Source: Limisphaerales bacterium | GTDB taxonomy: Bacteria; Verrucomicrobiota; Verrucomicrobiia; Limisphaerales; SIBE01 | Length of the DNA stretch: 64,000 nt | Direction: 5' to 3' | Assembly (NCBI GenBank): GCA_044225505.1 | Contig: JBGAIN010000017.1 | Span: 1 to 64,000, forward strand | In this document: piece by piece, positions 29,891 through 40,745 of the stretch | How the letters are laid out: the number at the start of each line of letters is the position of its first letter | Position numbering within the stretch: the stretch's first letter is position 1 | Position numbers and translations under genes: made by a program | The notes under the pieces: model-generated | What the model was told of the DNA's origin: nothing | Databases searched by the model: none | What the model saw: only the letters and a program-made list of their open reading frames with translations

Positions 29891-30136
29891 ATGGATGTGC
29901 GAGTTTGCTTTTACTCTTACTTCAAGGATTTGGCCCATTGCACCGATACGCAATTATCGTTGGCCTCCGGCGCCACCATTAGTGATCTTTTAGCCATGGT
30001 GCATCAGCGTTTCCCGGCCCTCGCGCCCCTTTCCAAGTCGACTTTGATCGCGGTGGGAGTCGATTACCAGACCCGCTCATATATCCTGCGGGATGGCGAT
30101 GAAGTCTCGCTTTTCCCTCCCGTGCAAGGTGGATAG
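29891..30136 (+). CDS. moaD: MoaD/ThiS sulfur carrier
   Basis: DGDEVSLFPPVQGG C-terminus; adjacent to moaE. Confidence 0.92.
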   Translation: MDVRVCFYSYFKDLAHCTDTQLSLASGATISDLLAMVHQRFPALAPLSKSTLIAVGVDYQTRSYILRDGDEVSLFPPVQGG

Positions 30137-30166
30137 TCACACGGCCTCCGATCCTGGACTTGGTCT

Positions 30167-30568
30167 ATGAAATCCGATCTTTTGATCACCACCAACCCGA
30201 TCGAACAGGCCAAGCTTGCCTCCAGCGCGCCTTTACTGCCGTCCATGGGCGCGGTGATCCATTTTCAGGGGGTGGTTCGAAATGCCGAAGCTAATGGAGC
30301 CATCCTCGGTCTCGAATACGAAGCGTTTGCCAAAATGGCTCAACATCAGTTCGAACTCATTTTTCACGAGCTGGAAGAGCGCTGGCCAATCCATTCGGTG
30401 CGATTGGTGCACCGGATTGGATTTGTTGCCGCGGGCGAAGCGTCCCTCTGGATCGAGATTGTCGCTCCGCACCGAGGCGAGGGGTTCGCCGCATGCCAGC
30501 ACTTAATTGATGAGATGAAGCGTCGCGTCCCTATCTGGAAGAAGCCGATCCCTGTCTCATCGCCGTGA
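30167..30568 (+). CDS. moaE: Molybdopterin synthase catalytic subunit
   Basis: GAVIHFQGVVR, LEYEA, HRIG, PHR, PIWKK. Confidence 0.92.
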   Translation: MKSDLLITTNPIEQAKLASSAPLLPSMGAVIHFQGVVRNAEANGAILGLEYEAFAKMAQHQFELIFHELEERWPIHSVRLVHRIGFVAAGEASLWIEIVAPHRGEGFAACQHLIDEMKRRVPIWKKPIPVSSP

Positions 30569-30574
30569 CCGGGA

Positions 30575-32803
30575 TTACTGCGCCTGAGCGCGCTCTTTGA
30601 CACCGGGCGTTGCTGGCCGCGCAATCAAGTAATAAAGCACCGCCGGCTGAAGCTTAATCTCGACGGCGGTCCCGACCTGTGCGGCTGGATACCCATTCTC
30701 GTCGAGGGCCGTCACCTGCAACTGGTCCGCATCCGCTCGCTTCAGACGGATCGTCCCTTGAATCGCTTTTACCAACCACGGATCTTTTCCAATGGAAACG
30801 ATGCGATGGACACCAGGTGCCGTCGTGGTCGTTTCGAATTCTGACGGTTTCTCTTCGGACATGACCTGTAACAGCATCCGGTTGGAACGAGCTAGCGGAC
30901 GTCCGTCCAGCGCGACCACAGCGATGTGACCCAATTCGAGGTCGGATCGGATGGCCGTTTCTCGCGTCTCCACGCTCCCGGCTTGGCGCAACGCTCCGCT
31001 CACCCCTTGGACTCCTGGAGCGTTGATGCGTAAGACGCCCTGGTTGTAATCCAACTCCAATTCCCCAGTGCTGCTTCGGACCTGTTGCTTGGCATGGTCG
31101 ATACAGTGGTGGACGTCCGCCCGATTCAAGCCCGCTTGGTTGGACGAAAACCGGACTCCAGTTCGTCCAACGTAATGGAGCAAGGGGTCGAGGCGTTGGC
31201 CTGGAAGGAGGTCGGCACCCGAGGGCACATCTTTCAGCCTCAATTCATCGAGAGCAGCGTCCTGGGGAAGAGGTGTGCCTTCGAGCCGAAGCAGTGCTTG
31301 GCGGTTTAGGGTAACTGAGGCCACGGTCTCACCCTCTGCGATCAACCCTTTCCGATAGAGAAGCGCAGCCGCTGGGAATTGCCCAGCCATGGCTGGACTC
31401 ATCAAAGTCCAGGGTTGCATCCAGTACCCTGGCTTGACCGCCCATCGCGCGCCATCGAAAGCGAAGTGGACGATCGCATCAGTGCCTTGGAGAGCGCCAT
31501 AAGCAGCGAGGTAAAACGGAGCTTCACCCCGATATCGGTTCGGCCGGTTCCAAGTCGTTTCGGAGATCATGGAAGGCTTGTCGTCATAGTGTGGATCCAT
31601 CGCCGGATGCACAAACTGCTTCGGTTTCCCCAACTCCTCCGGATCAAAGCGCAGCGCGCTCCGGTCGGTATACGTATGTCCAATCCGAATGGACCACTCA
31701 GCAGCTTCGCCTTTTTGATTACAGCTAAAATAGCCGTGACGATCGATGAAATCTCCCACCATGTAACTTAACTTCTCCAGTGGGCCGAACACCTCCGGAC
31801 TCGCTGTGGCCCAGTTTGAAGCCGTGACCATCCCATCGTAACCAAGCTGTCTTAAGAATTCCGAGGTCTCGGTGTAAAACTTCGTCTGCGTCTCCAGAAG
31901 AAACTCCGCGGTATCCCGATCGCGCAAGGTTTTCTCGTGGGCCATGTTCCAGAGAGGTCGGAAGGCCAGTTGTCCGTCGGCTTCGCGGTCCCGCTTTAGA
32001 CTGGGGCTCTTCCAAACGGCCAGAGCGGCATGGATCGAACCATACTTGCGAGTCACCCAGGCGCCGAATTGCTGCTCAAGCCGCGAAAGGAGCAGTTCTG
32101 GGATATTCTTTTCCGAAAAGGTCCAAAAGAAGAACGAATCTTCATTCTGCATTTCCAGACCCAACACAGCCGGTTCGGTCGCGAGGGTTTTACCATGGAT
32201 CGTGGACGGCGTGGTGAGCACGGCTTTCCACCAAGCTCGATATTGCGCCTGGAATGCTGAGTCAAACATCAAGGCTGCGAAGGGATGCTGTTTGCCGTTA
32301 TACCCCTGCAGCCAAGGGTTGTCCGACGCCGGAGTCAGCCAGAGCGGAAAGTAAATGGAAAGGTGCGTATAGATTCCCTCCGCTTTCATCGCTTCCACGA
32401 TCTCCCACAGATGCTGGACTTTGCTGAGCTGCACGTTGCCCTTCGCATCGAAATAAGGTTGATGGACTCGCACCAGGTTCACCCCGTATTTGGCCAGGAG
32501 CCTGGCGCAACGGCGCAGCTCTGCTCCCTGCAAGTCGTGCGGCGGCCCGTTGACCGCCCAGAAGCGCACCGGCAATTGATCGCGCTCCCGGACAAAACGG
32601 CCGTTCTTGGCTTGGATGCGTCCGTGTTCTCCTGCGAACGTTTCATTCAATTCGCGCAGATCGATGACGGAGCCTGGCTTGAATTCGTCTCGCGCCGGCT
32701 CAAAAGCAAACCAGCCTTCCTCAGCTCGGGCCGCGCAGGACAGCAGGCCAATTTGAATGAATAGAAGTCCCAACCAAGTAAATTGACGACCTTTTGGCTT
32801 CAC
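30575..32803 (-). CDS. Secreted TIM-barrel glycoside hydrolase-like protein (clan GH-A-like)
   Basis: Signal peptide; GVNLVRVH, EMQNEDS, DRHGY, ISE putative catalytic glutamates. Confidence 0.7.
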   Translation of the reverse strand: MKPKGRQFTWLGLLFIQIGLLSCAARAEEGWFAFEPARDEFKPGSVIDLRELNETFAGEHGRIQAKNGRFVRERDQLPVRFWAVNGPPHDLQGAELRRCARLLAKYGVNLVRVHQPYFDAKGNVQLSKVQHLWEIVEAMKAEGIYTHLSIYFPLWLTPASDNPWLQGYNGKQHPFAALMFDSAFQAQYRAWWKAVLTTPSTIHGKTLATEPAVLGLEMQNEDSFFFWTFSEKNIPELLLSRLEQQFGAWVTRKYGSIHAALAVWKSPSLKRDREADGQLAFRPLWNMAHEKTLRDRDTAEFLLETQTKFYTETSEFLRQLGYDGMVTASNWATASPEVFGPLEKLSYMVGDFIDRHGYFSCNQKGEAAEWSIRIGHTYTDRSALRFDPEELGKPKQFVHPAMDPHYDDKPSMISETTWNRPNRYRGEAPFYLAAYGALQGTDAIVHFAFDGARWAVKPGYWMQPWTLMSPAMAGQFPAAALLYRKGLIAEGETVASVTLNRQALLRLEGTPLPQDAALDELRLKDVPSGADLLPGQRLDPLLHYVGRTGVRFSSNQAGLNRADVHHCIDHAKQQVRSSTGELELDYNQGVLRINAPGVQGVSGALRQAGSVETRETAIRSDLELGHIAVVALDGRPLARSNRMLLQVMSEEKPSEFETTTTAPGVHRIVSIGKDPWLVKAIQGTIRLKRADADQLQVTALDENGYPAAQVGTAVEIKLQPAVLYYLIARPATPGVKERAQAQ

Positions 32804-33200
32804 AGGAATAGCCGATCAAACCCCAGACCAATAGCAAGCTCCGAGATGGCGACCGATTGACCCCCAGGGCGTGATGGAAACACGTTGAGATTAAGAACCG
32901 CGCGGCTTCGTCCGACCAGCCATGGTCGGTCCGACTTTCAGGGTCGCTGCGGAGAATTCGCGGGGTTTCTTGCGCGTGGGTCAAGGTTACGGCTGATTCA
33001 AGTTATTCGCAGCCAACCTATTCTCATTCTCCATCGAGCCAACGTTCCAAAAGGGGAGACGGCTGACCAGTCCGCATGCTGGTCTTCTTGGGTGCTATTC
33101 CCCAAATCAGGAGCAATTTGCTCTCAGCTCTCCGACCTTTTGCCTTTCAAGGCGGATTTGGAATTGCCAATCGTGCGAGCAACTGGAAACAGTAGGACTT

Positions 33201-33977
33201 ATGAACTCCCATCGCTGTCGTGCGGTTCTCCTCAGCGTCCTCGTCTGCCTCGGCAGCCTTCTCCCCGTGGCAGGGGCCGACACGGTGCCGTCCAACGCCG
33301 CGGGTATTCGCGTCATGCTGATCTACGGGGGACACGACTTTGAAACGAACCAATTCCTGAAAGTATTTCGGGACAACCCGGAAATCACCCTCGCCACCGC
33401 GGAGTATCCTGCAGCCGAAGCGTGGTTTGAACCCGCTCGGGCTCGCGACTACGATGTCTTGGTCTTCTACGACATGTGGCAAAAGCTTTCCCCGGGCGGC
33501 AAATCCAATCTCGTGGCGCTGATTCAGGGTGGGAAACCGCTGGTCGCCATGCATCACACGCTAGCGGCGTCTCAGAGCTGGGACGAGTATGCGAACATCA
33601 TCGGCGGCAAATACCACGAGACCAAGTGGCGTAAGAATGGAGTGGAGCAGCCGAAATCAACATACCAACACGACGTCGATTTCACGGTGCACATTGCCGA
33701 TCGCGAGCATCCAGTGACCCAGGGGATTCAAGATTTCACGATCCATGACGAAACCTATGGCGGGTTTGACGTGCATCCCGATTCGCACGTCCTGTTGACC
33801 GTGAACGCTCCAACCAGCGGCCGAGACATTGCCTGGACCAAGACATACGGAACCGCTCGAGTGATCTACCTGCAATTGGGCCACGACCATCAGGCGTTTG
33901 AAAATGCCAACTACCAGCGACTGGTCCGACAAGCTATTCGCTGGGTCGCCGCCGGTAATGCTGTGCCTAAGCGGTAA
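33201..33977 (+). CDS. ThuA-domain (class I glutamine amidotransferase-like) secreted protein
   Basis: GGHDF, HPVTQG..DETY, YLQLGHD. Confidence 0.88.
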   Translation: MNSHRCRAVLLSVLVCLGSLLPVAGADTVPSNAAGIRVMLIYGGHDFETNQFLKVFRDNPEITLATAEYPAAEAWFEPARARDYDVLVFYDMWQKLSPGGKSNLVALIQGGKPLVAMHHTLAASQSWDEYANIIGGKYHETKWRKNGVEQPKSTYQHDVDFTVHIADREHPVTQGIQDFTIHDETYGGFDVHPDSHVLLTVNAPTSGRDIAWTKTYGTARVIYLQLGHDHQAFENANYQRLVRQAIRWVAAGNAVPKR

Positions 33978-34014
33978 GTCCCGAAGCTCTCTGTTAACTC
34001 ACTCCGCACCCGCG

Positions 34015-35310
34015 TCACGCGGACTTCAGCTGATGCAGCAATTTCAGACTGGCAGCGGTCAATTGTCGGCCCGCGCCAGGATCGAACGGCGGGAGGTTGA
34101 GGATCTTGGGCACTACCAGCGCGGCGTATTCCTTCTGGGAATAGGCCTGCGGGTCCGTGACATACCCGACGAGATCGTCGGTATAGCCACAAACGAGGGT
34201 GTCGCGGAATGGCGAATCGCGTTGAATCGTCAGGCCGTACGAACTGTAGAGTTCGGCCGGATGAAACAATAACGCCACATCGCCCAGAGCCAGCCCAGAG
34301 ATCGGAGCCGCATACTCACGCCGATCTTCCGGCCACTGCGAAGCGCTCGCATACCAATCTTTGGCAAAACCTGCGTCCACCCATTCCCCTGCCGTACAGA
34401 TCTCCGGTTGCTTGCGATAAAGCTCCAGCTCCGATCGCAAACGCGCCATGTCCAGCGGGAGACGGACCTCCGAACGAATCACACGGATCGCCTCAACCGC
34501 GACATTTTCAGAATGGCTCGTCGCGTGGTGCAACGCTGTCCAAACGGCTTCCGACACTTTCTCCGGGTCGCCAAGAAACGTAGCGCCGTCCCCCGGATTC
34601 ACATCCCCGCAATGCCCTTGGAGAAAACCTGGGTCATAACCGTCCCGGGCACGAATCTTCGAGGCGACCAAGCCTGGCCAATCGGGCCCAGCGGACCCGT
34701 CTGTGTAACAGACTGGGTGCGCTGAAAACTGATACCAGAGAAGGCTCTCTTTGGGTTTTTCCCGCAGAAAGTAGAGCGCGTGCAACATCGTATCGAGCCA
34801 ACGTTCACTATCCGAGGCCTCAGGCCCAAACGCCTCGTCAGACCGCCAGGTCTTCGTGGTGCGATTGTGATTGCCGCCCACAACGCGTTGTTTGCCAAGG
34901 TAAAGGTCCGTCTCGGCAAGATCCTTTTGCGCCGCGGCCACGGCCTCGACAGCACGATCCGCCACCGTTTGCAGGTACTCTTTAGAGACGGCTCCCCATT
35001 GACGGAGAAAGCTCAGGGTCGGAGCAGAATGGGTGTGCGTTGCACAAACTCGGACGTGAGCTGCGGGAATGCCCGTTTGGCGCCCAACACGCTCTTGGAT
35101 GCCCACAGCGAAGTCGCGCGCAAAGCCCAAGACCTCCAGACTCACGATGGCAGCTTGCGTCTCTCCGCTCTGCAACGCCAAGGCGCGCGCCACGGGCGGT
35201 TGCCGGATCGCAGTGATTTTTCGTTCCTGACCTGGCGGCTTATGAAACCCTGCCAGTTCAATTCCCAACGGCGGCGTGATCTCGCGGCTTGCTTGCCCAG
35301 CTTTCAACAT
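34015..35310 (-). CDS. Neutral/alkaline ceramidase-like amidohydrolase
   Basis: ITPPLG, ATHTHSAP, AHP, PDWPG, QGHCGDVNP. Confidence 0.8.
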   Translation of the reverse strand: MLKAGQASREITPPLGIELAGFHKPPGQERKITAIRQPPVARALALQSGETQAAIVSLEVLGFARDFAVGIQERVGRQTGIPAAHVRVCATHTHSAPTLSFLRQWGAVSKEYLQTVADRAVEAVAAAQKDLAETDLYLGKQRVVGGNHNRTTKTWRSDEAFGPEASDSERWLDTMLHALYFLREKPKESLLWYQFSAHPVCYTDGSAGPDWPGLVASKIRARDGYDPGFLQGHCGDVNPGDGATFLGDPEKVSEAVWTALHHATSHSENVAVEAIRVIRSEVRLPLDMARLRSELELYRKQPEICTAGEWVDAGFAKDWYASASQWPEDRREYAAPISGLALGDVALLFHPAELYSSYGLTIQRDSPFRDTLVCGYTDDLVGYVTDPQAYSQKEYAALVVPKILNLPPFDPGAGRQLTAASLKLLHQLKSA

Positions 35311-35346
35311 AATCGCTAGTTCGGTGTGGCCACCCCACCCGCGTGG

Positions 35347-36471
35347 TTAAGGTTTGGTGCGACTCACAAACGCGGCCGTCTCTTTGGCCGCCCGAGTTTC
35401 CACTCCGGGCTTCTGCAGGAATCCCAAATCCCGAAACCAATCGATGAATCGGTCCTGCCATTTACCAAACGGAATCCCGTTGCGATCGGTCAACCCGCCG
35501 CTCATTCGACTGCCATCCGGCAGAGGATCTCCAGGATGCCGCCCGTTTCCGTAAATATGCATTTCGACGTTTGGAACTCCCGCCTGGAGCATAGCGAGGA
35601 AATACTCGTTTGCCCAGAGCGCGTGCACGCGGTCCCCTGCCCCGGCGCAAGTGATGAATGCCGGGGGCGCGGTTTTAGGAATTGGAGGGTTCCCATTTCG
35701 CGCGAACGGTGTAGGTCCCGGATAGATAATCCCGACAAAGTCCGGTCGGGCGGAAACACCCGCTAAAGGATCTGTTGATTCCGCATGTTTGAGCTCGAAG
35801 TCCTCAAAGAAGACCGCAGCGGGCGAAGCCAGTTCCGCGCCAGCCGAAAAGCCCATGATGCCGATCTTCTTGGGATCCAGATTCCAGTCTTTGGCATGTG
35901 CACGAACCAGTCGGATCGCTTGGAAGGCGTCGTTCACCGCATCCGTCTTTGGATCATATCCATCACGCCGCAGCCTGTTCCGCAGGATCACCGTGTTCAC
36001 TCCGTAGTTGAGGAAAAAGGGCACAAAATCGGCACTCTCCGTCCCGACGTTCAAAGTGTTATGTCCTCCGCCTGCGGCCAGAATCACGGCAACTCCCGTG
36101 TTCAGACTTCCGTCGACGGTGTGCACTTCGATGGACGGGTTATGGATACTGACAATGCTGTTGATCCGGCCGGGGACTGATTTGCTTACGTTATACTGTT
36201 CCGCCTCGCTGAGTTTCTCTTTCTTGAGGAGCGGCGAATCTGGAGCATAGAGCGGCAGGACAACCCCGCCAGGCAGGATCGCTTGCGGGGCATAGACCGA
36301 ATCGTTTGTCGGGCCCGGTTTCGGCAGCCAGAGCGGTGCGGGTGGCGGCTCCAATTTCGCTGAGGCCGGACCGGCCCCCGGCGGGCTGGTTTCTTGAGCA
36401 AAAGCCAACGTTGCCAGGGCTCCCGCGTAAAACAGGGCAGCCATTCGCGACCAGACAGGATATCGGTTCAT
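35347..36471 (-). CDS. Secreted alpha/beta hydrolase (carbohydrate esterase-like)
   Basis: AGGGH, GIMGFSAG nucleophile elbow, RPDF..IYPG. Confidence 0.85.
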   Translation of the reverse strand: MNRYPVWSRMAALFYAGALATLAFAQETSPPGAGPASAKLEPPPAPLWLPKPGPTNDSVYAPQAILPGGVVLPLYAPDSPLLKKEKLSEAEQYNVSKSVPGRINSIVSIHNPSIEVHTVDGSLNTGVAVILAAGGGHNTLNVGTESADFVPFFLNYGVNTVILRNRLRRDGYDPKTDAVNDAFQAIRLVRAHAKDWNLDPKKIGIMGFSAGAELASPAAVFFEDFELKHAESTDPLAGVSARPDFVGIIYPGPTPFARNGNPPIPKTAPPAFITCAGAGDRVHALWANEYFLAMLQAGVPNVEMHIYGNGRHPGDPLPDGSRMSGGLTDRNGIPFGKWQDRFIDWFRDLGFLQKPGVETRAAKETAAFVSRTKP

Positions 36472-36534
36472 GAAATCGACCCCAGCCAGCGCGTGTTCGC
36501 GCCGGAAGAGCTTACAGGTTTACCAGGCCGCAGG

Positions 36535-37917
36535 TTAGACGTCGGCCAGGGGCGCCGTCGAGTCGCCAAATCGTTCCGAGTTCAGCCCCATGACCTGCCC
36601 CATCCTCAAGAGCAGATTACTCATCGGCTTCCCGCCATGCTGCACGTAGCGGCCCGGTGTCAGCACCCCTCCACCCCTGCCCGCCAGGATGAGAGGGAGA
36701 TTCGAGTGGGTATGCCGGTTCCCATCCGCATTCCCGCTTCCGTATAAAATCATGGAATTGTGGAGAACGGACGAGCCATCCGATTCTTTGGTATCTTCAA
36801 GCGTTTGCAGGAAGCGAGCGAACTGTTGCACGTACCAGCGATCGATTTCGGTCAGCTTCTGGATTTTCTCTTCGCTGTTGAAATGGTGGGACAAGTCATG
36901 ATGACCTTCGGCAATCCCGATTTCCGGTAACGAGCGATTGTCGCCGTCGTGGCCCAAGAGGAGTGTCGCCACGCGTGTGGAATCGGTCTGAAAAGCTAAC
37001 GCGAGCATATCGAACATCAACTGCACGTACTGCGCGCGGTCCTGGGGAATGCTCGGTGGTGTTTCTACGCCCGGATCTTGGGGACTGCCAAACTGTTCCG
37101 CCTTGGCAATGCTCGTCTCGATATCTCGGATGCCCGTGAGGTATTGATCCAGCTTTTCCTTGTCTCGGCCATTTAAACGGCGGCTCATCCCTTTCGCTTC
37201 CTCGAGAACAAAGTCGAGAACAGACCGTTGCTCCTGCTGCCGTCGACGCATGTTCTCGGCGCGCTCTCCAGGCGCACCGGCGCCAAAAAGCCGTTCAAAA
37301 ATGAGCCGCGGATTGGATTCTGCCGCCACCGGCGTGGTGGGGGAACTCCACGAAAGATTGAACTGATAAGCGCACGCATAACCGGAATCGCACGCGCCGG
37401 ACGTGCGGATCGCGTCACTACTCAGTTCAATCGACGGGAATCGAGTTAAGTGTCCCACTTGGCGGGCGATCGCTTGATCAATCGAAATCCCGGCCCGGAT
37501 ATCCGTTGCGCTCTTCTTAATCCGCACTCCCGTAAGAAAAACGCCGTTCCCGCGCGCGTGGTCACCCGCACCATCCGGTCCGCCATTCGCGGCCTTCTGG
37601 TCGAGTCCCCCGAGGATCTGGATGGAATTCCGCAACTTCTCGAGCGGCTTCAACGTGGGACTGAACTCAAAATCAGCGGCTGCGTCTTTCGGCCACCAAG
37701 CCCCGGGGATTGCGCCGTTCGGGAAGAAAAGGAAAGCTGTCCGGAGTGGGCGCCCCGACGCTGTTACCGCACCGATCTCTCCCGCGAAGGCTGATCGAGG
37801 CACCAACGATTCAAACGCCGGCAGCGCGATACACGCCCCTAACCCCCGAAGAAACCGGCGCCTGCTGAGAGCGAAGTGGCGTTGCGCTGCAGATTTGGGC
37901 ATGTCCGGGTGATTCAT
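36535..37917 (-). CDS. DUF1552 family Tat protein
   Basis: SRRRFLRGLGACIALP, CDSGYACAY, FQTDSTRV, HHDLSH, FGDST. Confidence 0.93.
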   Translation of the reverse strand: MNHPDMPKSAAQRHFALSRRRFLRGLGACIALPAFESLVPRSAFAGEIGAVTASGRPLRTAFLFFPNGAIPGAWWPKDAAADFEFSPTLKPLEKLRNSIQILGGLDQKAANGGPDGAGDHARGNGVFLTGVRIKKSATDIRAGISIDQAIARQVGHLTRFPSIELSSDAIRTSGACDSGYACAYQFNLSWSSPTTPVAAESNPRLIFERLFGAGAPGERAENMRRRQQEQRSVLDFVLEEAKGMSRRLNGRDKEKLDQYLTGIRDIETSIAKAEQFGSPQDPGVETPPSIPQDRAQYVQLMFDMLALAFQTDSTRVATLLLGHDGDNRSLPEIGIAEGHHDLSHHFNSEEKIQKLTEIDRWYVQQFARFLQTLEDTKESDGSSVLHNSMILYGSGNADGNRHTHSNLPLILAGRGGGVLTPGRYVQHGGKPMSNLLLRMGQVMGLNSERFGDSTAPLADV

Positions 37918-40568
37918 AACGGAGTCTTTCCTTCAATGGGTTGCTGGCTAGCCGCCGTCGCTCTGCTCTCTGCGGCAGGCGTAAACCCGCGGGTTTTCTG
38001 AAAGGGGGCCGATCCGATAATTCCTGCGAGCAAGGCGGATGGACGCCCTTGCGTCGCCTGCAGTTGCTCGACGATCCGATCGACCGTGGCAACATCGTAA
38101 TAGTCCAAGCCTCGCCCCAAGGCGTAAGTGAGCATCTTCTCGGTCAGAGTGCGGTAAAACTCAGTCGCGTGCTGGCTCGCGAGGATTCGTTTCAGTTCTC
38201 GAATATTGGTGAAGCTCTCGCCGGTCAAGAGCTGGCCCGTCACATCAATGGGTTGATTGCGTTCTTGTTCGCGCCACATGCCCAGGGCATTGAAGTTTTC
38301 CAGGGCGAGCCCGAGCGGATCCATGCGGTTATGGCAAGAGCTGCACAGGGCTGCTTCGCGATGCAACGCCAAAGTCTCACGCAAGCTCAGCGTCTTTTCC
38401 TTCATGGCTTTGGCCGCTTCTTCCAACGGCGGGATATCTGGAGGGGGGGGAGGCGGCGGCGTCCCCAACAGGTTATCCAGAATGAACAATCCGCGCTTTA
38501 CGGGCGACGTGCGGGTGGGGTTTGAAGTTACGATCAGAACCGAGCCCTGCGTCATCAAGCCACCACGCACACTCCCCTCGGGAAGCGGCACCAGTCGCAC
38601 CTCGTCGCCCGTGACGTGCAGGTTCGTCAGTCCATAATGGCTCGCGAGCCGTTCGTTCAGAAAAGCGTAGTTACTATCTAATAACTCAAGCAACGGCCGA
38701 TCTTTGCGCAGCACATGGTCAAAGGTCTTCTCCGTCTCCAACCGCATGGCCCGGCGCAGGTCCCCGTTCAATTCGGCCCGAGGCGGACGCGAGAATCGGC
38801 GAGCAAACGTGGCACGGAGATCGTCTAGCTCTTTCTTCTCCGCCGGCGTGAGGTGCTCTTCCCCTTTTTGCCGCAACTCCGCAGCGCGAGCGCGACGCTT
38901 TTCCGCATCGCCATCGATCGCCGCTTCCCGCGCGAACACTTGCCGAGCATCGATTTGGATATTCTCCAAATCGCGGGTCTGCAGCCACTGACCCACGAAA
39001 TTGCGCACCAATGCTTCCGCCCTGCGGTCGGCCAGCATTCGCTCCGTCTGCGCCGCCAGGTTTTTGCGCAATTCTCTTCTCCCGGCGAGCCTGAGCAATT
39101 CATCGTCCGGCATCGACGCCCATAAGAAATAGGAAAGCCTCGAAGCCAACGAATACTCATCAACCTCAGGAAATGCCCCAGCGATGGGAGCCTCCGACGT
39201 CGCCACTTCGATTCCTTCTTCCCGAAAGAGAAACCGGGGCGAGGCCAGCACCGCAATCATGGCTTGGGCAATGCCAGCTTCGAAGTTCTTCCCGGATTGG
39301 GAGAATTTGGATTCCGCGAGAGCGACCAACCGGTCCATGGTTACCGCCGCGGGAGGTCGTCGGTAAGCCCTACGGACAAATGGCGTCAGAATCTCATAGG
39401 CATACTCCCGCCGTCCTGCCTCATCCTCCGGCACCGGTCGCGGGAAAAACTTTTCATGATTTCGCGGGCGGACCCAGTAAGTCGACTCGAGCGGTCCCCG
39501 CACGGTCACCGAGTCCAAGCGAAGGGTCAGAGAGCGGACCTGTTTCTGATCCGGAGTCAAAGGGTGCACTTCCAAAGCCAAGGTATGCTCGCCCGCGGCC
39601 CAATTCTGATCGAATTCGTAGTGGAACGCCTTGCCCCCTTCCCGCGTGTATTCGTGCTGCCACAGTTCCTGCCCATCCGCTTTAAAGATGAGGCGGCACT
39701 TATTGTAGTCGAACTGGTTGTCCACGAAGCGTTCATTGGCCGTAAAGTCCAAGAGCAGCTGAAAGCGGCCAGCCGCCTCGACGTGAACCTGATTCGAGAC
39801 TCCCGCGTGCTCATAGTAGGAGAGCACCAACCCGTCTGCGGTGGCGGCATTCTTGTTCGTCCGCGTCGCTTCCAGGCTTTCCGCGCCTTTGAACGCCTTT
39901 CCCTTGACCACGTGCTCGGCAGGAACCAACGGCACCACCGGAACCGCGCGCGTCACGATGCTCTTCGCTGCCGCCACATACTTCTCCAGGAGCATCGGAG
40001 ATAGCGTCAACACGTCCCCAATATTGTCGAATCCAAACCCCGCATCGTCCGCGGGGAACTCTTTCTCCGTGTCGAAATCAACCCCGAGCAGATCCCGGAT
40101 GGTATTCCGATACTCGACACGGTTCAAACGCCGCACCGTCACTCGACCTGGATCCGGGTTCTGTGGGTCGACCCGGAAGACGGCATCCTTAATCCAATTT
40201 TCAATGGTCCGTTTCTGCGCGTCGCTCGGCTGACTCTTTCTGGGAGGTGGCATCAGGCCCGCACGGAGGTTTTTGAGGGCTTTCAACCAGAGGGTCGGAT
40301 TGTTCAGAATGGCGTCGTCCGAGTTCAGCTCGTCGAAGGCAACGCCTCCTCTCTTCGCGCCGTCGCTGTGACAATCTGAACAGAACTCTTGGAGGAGCGG
40401 CTGAATCTCTCTGTGAAAGGTGGCCGCTCCGCGGTCAGCTCCCGACGCCCCAGCCGAGGTTGAAAGCAGCGCTAAAAAGTAACCCAAACCTCCTAAACGC
40501 AAAGCGTTGCGTAACGCGACAGGAAACATCCTTCGCTCAAACATCCTTCGCTCAAAATGCAGACTCAT
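37914..40568 (-). CDS. DUF1587/1595/1592/1588/1585 protein with cytochrome c-type motifs
   Basis: CSDCH, RRLNRVEYRNT, LASRLSYFLW, TSPVKRG, CSSCH, YALGR. Confidence 0.93.
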   Translation of the reverse strand: MSLHFERRMFERRMFPVALRNALRLGGLGYFLALLSTSAGASGADRGAATFHREIQPLLQEFCSDCHSDGAKRGGVAFDELNSDDAILNNPTLWLKALKNLRAGLMPPPRKSQPSDAQKRTIENWIKDAVFRVDPQNPDPGRVTVRRLNRVEYRNTIRDLLGVDFDTEKEFPADDAGFGFDNIGDVLTLSPMLLEKYVAAAKSIVTRAVPVVPLVPAEHVVKGKAFKGAESLEATRTNKNAATADGLVLSYYEHAGVSNQVHVEAAGRFQLLLDFTANERFVDNQFDYNKCRLIFKADGQELWQHEYTREGGKAFHYEFDQNWAAGEHTLALEVHPLTPDQKQVRSLTLRLDSVTVRGPLESTYWVRPRNHEKFFPRPVPEDEAGRREYAYEILTPFVRRAYRRPPAAVTMDRLVALAESKFSQSGKNFEAGIAQAMIAVLASPRFLFREEGIEVATSEAPIAGAFPEVDEYSLASRLSYFLWASMPDDELLRLAGRRELRKNLAAQTERMLADRRAEALVRNFVGQWLQTRDLENIQIDARQVFAREAAIDGDAEKRRARAAELRQKGEEHLTPAEKKELDDLRATFARRFSRPPRAELNGDLRRAMRLETEKTFDHVLRKDRPLLELLDSNYAFLNERLASHYGLTNLHVTGDEVRLVPLPEGSVRGGLMTQGSVLIVTSNPTRTSPVKRGLFILDNLLGTPPPPPPPDIPPLEEAAKAMKEKTLSLRETLALHREAALCSSCHNRMDPLGLALENFNALGMWREQERNQPIDVTGQLLTGESFTNIRELKRILASQHATEFYRTLTEKMLTYALGRGLDYYDVATVDRIVEQLQATQGRPSALLAGIIGSAPFQKTRGFTPAAESRATAASQQPIEGKTPL

Positions 40569-40745
40569 CCACGGGAATTAAACGGCGAACGTATTTGAGA
40601 TGACAATCGTTCCCCCTTGCGGGTTACGCAACTCCGAATTTTAACCCCTCCCGACGAATCAAGCTTGGTCCCTTGGGAGGGTCCCGGTATGTTGCCGGCC
40701 TGTCTCTGAAACCATGCGCTGGATCCTTACCGACGACGCCTCGGG

